Shown here: piece after piece, positions 25,630 to 28,129 of the stretch
How the letters are laid out: each line of letters starts with the position of its first letter
Numbering within the stretch: position 1 is the stretch's first letter
Assembly (NCBI GenBank): GCA_044351075.1
Contig: JBILGL010000001.1
Coordinates: 1-28,129, forward strand
Source: Isosphaeraceae bacterium
GTDB taxonomy: Bacteria; Planctomycetota; Planctomycetia; Isosphaerales; Isosphaeraceae
DNA length: 28,129 nt
Reading direction: 5' to 3'
The notes under the pieces: model-generated
The model's input: only the letters and a program-made list of their open reading frames with translations
What the model was told of the DNA's origin: nothing
Databases searched by the model: none
Program-made: the position numbers and the translations under genes

Positions 25630-27162
25630 TCATTTTCCTGCCATGTCATCTTTATCCATATCGTCCACACCTGAAATCCACTCGCTCAGCACATCGGCCG
25701 CCTGTTCAACGGGTATTGATTGATCCGTTCGCTTCGCATGTTTTGCTGCCGGCGGTGTCTGGCTTGAAGCATCCATCCGCCATTGATCCGAAAAATCTGC
25801 CGGCATCGGTTTTACGGCAAGATCAAAATCGTTGCTCTTTCGCTGATGAAAAAGCCTTCTGCCGATGAAAATTGCGGCCAACAATCCGCCTGCAATTCCG
25901 CCCATAATCCAAGGCTCGCGCATGGAATGCGAGGTTTTGAGAAGCGTTTTTATTACAGTTTCATTCTTGTTTTCATTTACTGGGGGAATTGTATTTGGAT
26001 TTTCTGATTTGACATCAGCCATTGCAATTGGTTCTTTACCAACCCAATCAAGATTCTCCAGAAGAATCGGGCTAAGCATGGCACTGATCTTTGTATGAAT
26101 CTGCCGCCGCAGCTCTGGTGTGGCACTTTTCTCATCGAAGAGGCCAATCAGGACCCGAGCCCTCACAATCTCTGGCTTCTCATTTTCAGCTTTTTCATTG
26201 AAATCGATCGATACCGGCTCATTGAAATAAAGCACTGGTTTTTCAGGACTTTTAACGGTAGTCGTTGAATTTGCCGATTGTATTTCACTGCTGCGGCTTA
26301 ATGTTATTTTGACTTCCGCATCTCCAAGCCCGGCCACACCACGCCTGATCCTATTTTCCAGCGTTTTCGTTTCGAATCGATCAGCTACTGCTCCATCCGG
26401 CTTTCTCAGCGTATTGGCTGCCTCTCGCTGGCCCAGAATGTAAATATTCTCGGCATCGTGAATGGTAATCTGATCGTCTTTTACGCCTGTTATGCTTGCC
26501 GTGATGATATTGCGAATTTTCTCAAGTGTTTTTTCATTCACAATTTCGCCTATTTTTGGCGGTTCGAGAAAGACCCTTACCCGCCAGGCGGGGCCGCTTG
26601 AATCATTAATAAATCGTCTGGTGGCCGAAAGTGGCTCGAGCGAAACCTGCACATCACTGAATTCGCCGGCGCGGCGGATCAGCCAGGTCAGCTCTTTTTC
26701 TTTTTGATTGCGCTGTCTCTCTTCGCGCTGAACGGGCGATTCCAGAATGGCCAGCGGGCCACTGTTTATCGTGCGAAGTTCTTCCAGCGTTTCGGGCCTC
26801 AGGCCTTTTTTCTCAAGAGTTGACTCAATTTTGGCGAGCTCTGCTGGTCTGACAAAAATGCGGCCGTCTGGCTGAACCCGAAACTTGACACCTGTCTGTT
26901 GCAATTCATTGAGCGTTTTGCGCCGAAGAACTGAATCAAAGCTGCGGCCTTCGTAAAGTGTCGCCCACGACTCTTCCCGAAACGAACCAACAAACCAGAA
27001 TGTGCCGACCAGCATGCCACCAATGACCACCAGCGGTAAAAGCCAGATGGCAATGACCACCGGGCTTGAATGACGAGTGGCAAACTCGGCCGGAATGCTG
27101 CCCGAAATGTTGTTGCCGGTTGGGCCGGGTTCAATCGCGGAGTTCATCGCTGGTTCATCCAT
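25630..27162 (-). CDS. fliF: Divergent FliF/YscJ-family MS-ring-like protein
   Basis: TM1 (IWLLPLVVIGGMLVGTFWFVG); RBM1-like LYEG...ELQQTGVKFRVQPDGRIFVR...LEKKGL; RBM2-like KEKELTWLI...VQVSL...KIRNIITASITGVKDDQITIHD; LENRIRRGVAGLGDAEVKI; TM2 (WIMGGIAGGLLAAIFIG); C-terminal VEQAADVLSEWI (FliG-binding-like). The start may be 27147. Confidence 0.72.
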   Translation of the reverse strand: MDEPAMNSAIEPGPTGNNISGSIPAEFATRHSSPVVIAIWLLPLVVIGGMLVGTFWFVGSFREESWATLYEGRSFDSVLRRKTLNELQQTGVKFRVQPDGRIFVRPAELAKIESTLEKKGLRPETLEELRTINSGPLAILESPVQREERQRNQKEKELTWLIRRAGEFSDVQVSLEPLSATRRFINDSSGPAWRVRVFLEPPKIGEIVNEKTLEKIRNIITASITGVKDDQITIHDAENIYILGQREAANTLRKPDGAVADRFETKTLENRIRRGVAGLGDAEVKITLSRSSEIQSANSTTTVKSPEKPVLYFNEPVSIDFNEKAENEKPEIVRARVLIGLFDEKSATPELRRQIHTKISAMLSPILLENLDWVGKEPIAMADVKSENPNTIPPVNENKNETVIKTLLKTSHSMREPWIMGGIAGGLLAAIFIGRRLFHQRKSNDFDLAVKPMPADFSDQWRMDASSQTPPAAKHAKRTDQSIPVEQAADVLSEWISGVDDMDKDDMAGK

Positions 27163-27361
27163 GAACGGGTCTCGCCACGCCCCATCTCACCCGCCAATTG
27201 CAACCGGTGTTCGATTCAATCTGCCCGCAGCGTGACGATATTAAGCATCGATCTATCGCCTTTTTCGCCCATTTCGTCAATGTCAATCGTCGTCAAATCA
27301 TCAAAGACGGTTCTGAAAAATGAAGATTACAAAACACCCTAACATTCTGACTGGCAGCAAC

Positions 27362-28129
27362 TTACTTCTTCCGGGCCCACATATTCACCCCAGAGCCGAT
27401 GATCAGGTCGTGGTCATAACACCACTCATAAAACCGCCCTTTTTTCTCGGGCCGAAGCTCAAAAGGCTCTTCAAAACCTTCTTCCAGAAACCACTGCCTC
27501 AGCTCTTCCAGCCGATGATGGCTTTGGTATCGGGGCGCATACCAATCATAATTATCGCAGATGCGCAGGCCACGGTCTGCAAAGGTGCTGAAATTAATGA
27601 CCTTGCTGCCAACCTGCTTCACGCCCGGAATGCTGCCGGGAATATCAAGCAGGCGTGCCCAGAATCGCAGAATGCCATCCGGCAGGCGCGTCGTAATGCG
27701 CCGCAGCGCTGAATTCAGCACTTCCTGCGGCCAGGTGTTTCGCCGGTAGAGCCATACGGCCATCCTGCCGCCCGGCTTTACCGACCGGGCCACCCGGGCA
27801 AAGGCCTGGCGAGGGTCGGGGCAATGGTGCAGCACACCAATGGAATAGGCAAAATCAAACGACTCAGGGGCAATCGGCGGATTCAGCAAATCGGCCTGGG
27901 CGACCTGAACATTCGGCAGCTCCCGGCAGTTTTCTCGTGCCTTTTCTACGGCACTTGAAAGATCGAGCCCGATGATAATTGCTCCGGCTTCGCCGACCAA
28001 CCTTGCATAGCGACCCCCGCCAACCCCGGCGTCGAGCACCTTCAAACCGGCCAATTCTGATGGATCTACGCCCGTTTTTGCCGCGAATGTGGCGGCATCC
28101 ATCGCCGGACGAACCACGTCATAGCGATT
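27362..28129 (-). CDS. Class I SAM-dependent methyltransferase, 5'-truncated by the window edge
   Basis: VLDAGVGGGRY (motif I), IGLDLS, QADL, FDFAYSIGVLHH and VKPGG. The frame is open to 28129 (NRYDVVRP...). Confidence 0.88.
   Translation of the reverse strand, partial: NRYDVVRPAMDAATFAAKTGVDPSELAGLKVLDAGVGGGRYARLVGEAGAIIIGLDLSSAVEKARENCRELPNVQVAQADLLNPPIAPESFDFAYSIGVLHHCPDPRQAFARVARSVKPGGRMAVWLYRRNTWPQEVLNSALRRITTRLPDGILRFWARLLDIPGSIPGVKQVGSKVINFSTFADRGLRICDNYDWYAPRYQSHHRLEELRQWFLEEGFEEPFELRPEKKGRFYEWCYDHDLIIGSGVNMWARKK

Overview
Planctomycete-type chromosomal window, judged from the PVC-type CxxCH protein, DUF1559 protein and YTV-like repeat protein; an Isosphaerales-like host is an inference. 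Left part: 5'-truncated CE15 esterase, metallophosphoesterase, PVC heme-binding dehydrogenase, a GTAG-type REP doublet, an AT-rich island (exported protein + DUF1559 prepilin-like protein) and a secreted Ntn hydrolase. Middle: fliA and an flhG-like gene, a divergently transcribed 28-aa-repeat envelope protein, a class II Fic gene with upstream inverted repeats, a large AsmA-like protein and a second AT-rich single-gene insert encoding a HopA1-like protein. Right part, all on the minus strand: methyltransferase (truncated), fliF-like, mini-fliG, xseB, ispA, dxs, nadK. The main points of interest: (1) flagellum-derived genes that have lost their usual neighbours and are altered at motor/ATPase residues (FliG without its middle domain, FlhG with Walker A Lys->Thr) beside an intact FliA; (2) a repeat protein whose two arms are in exact mirror register (i+j=624), suggesting one beta-hairpin about 75 nm long; (3) an effector-like orphan gene in an AT-rich insert. 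No rRNA, tRNA, CRISPR array, transposase or integrase was recognised. All family assignments come from motif recognition by eye, not from database searches.
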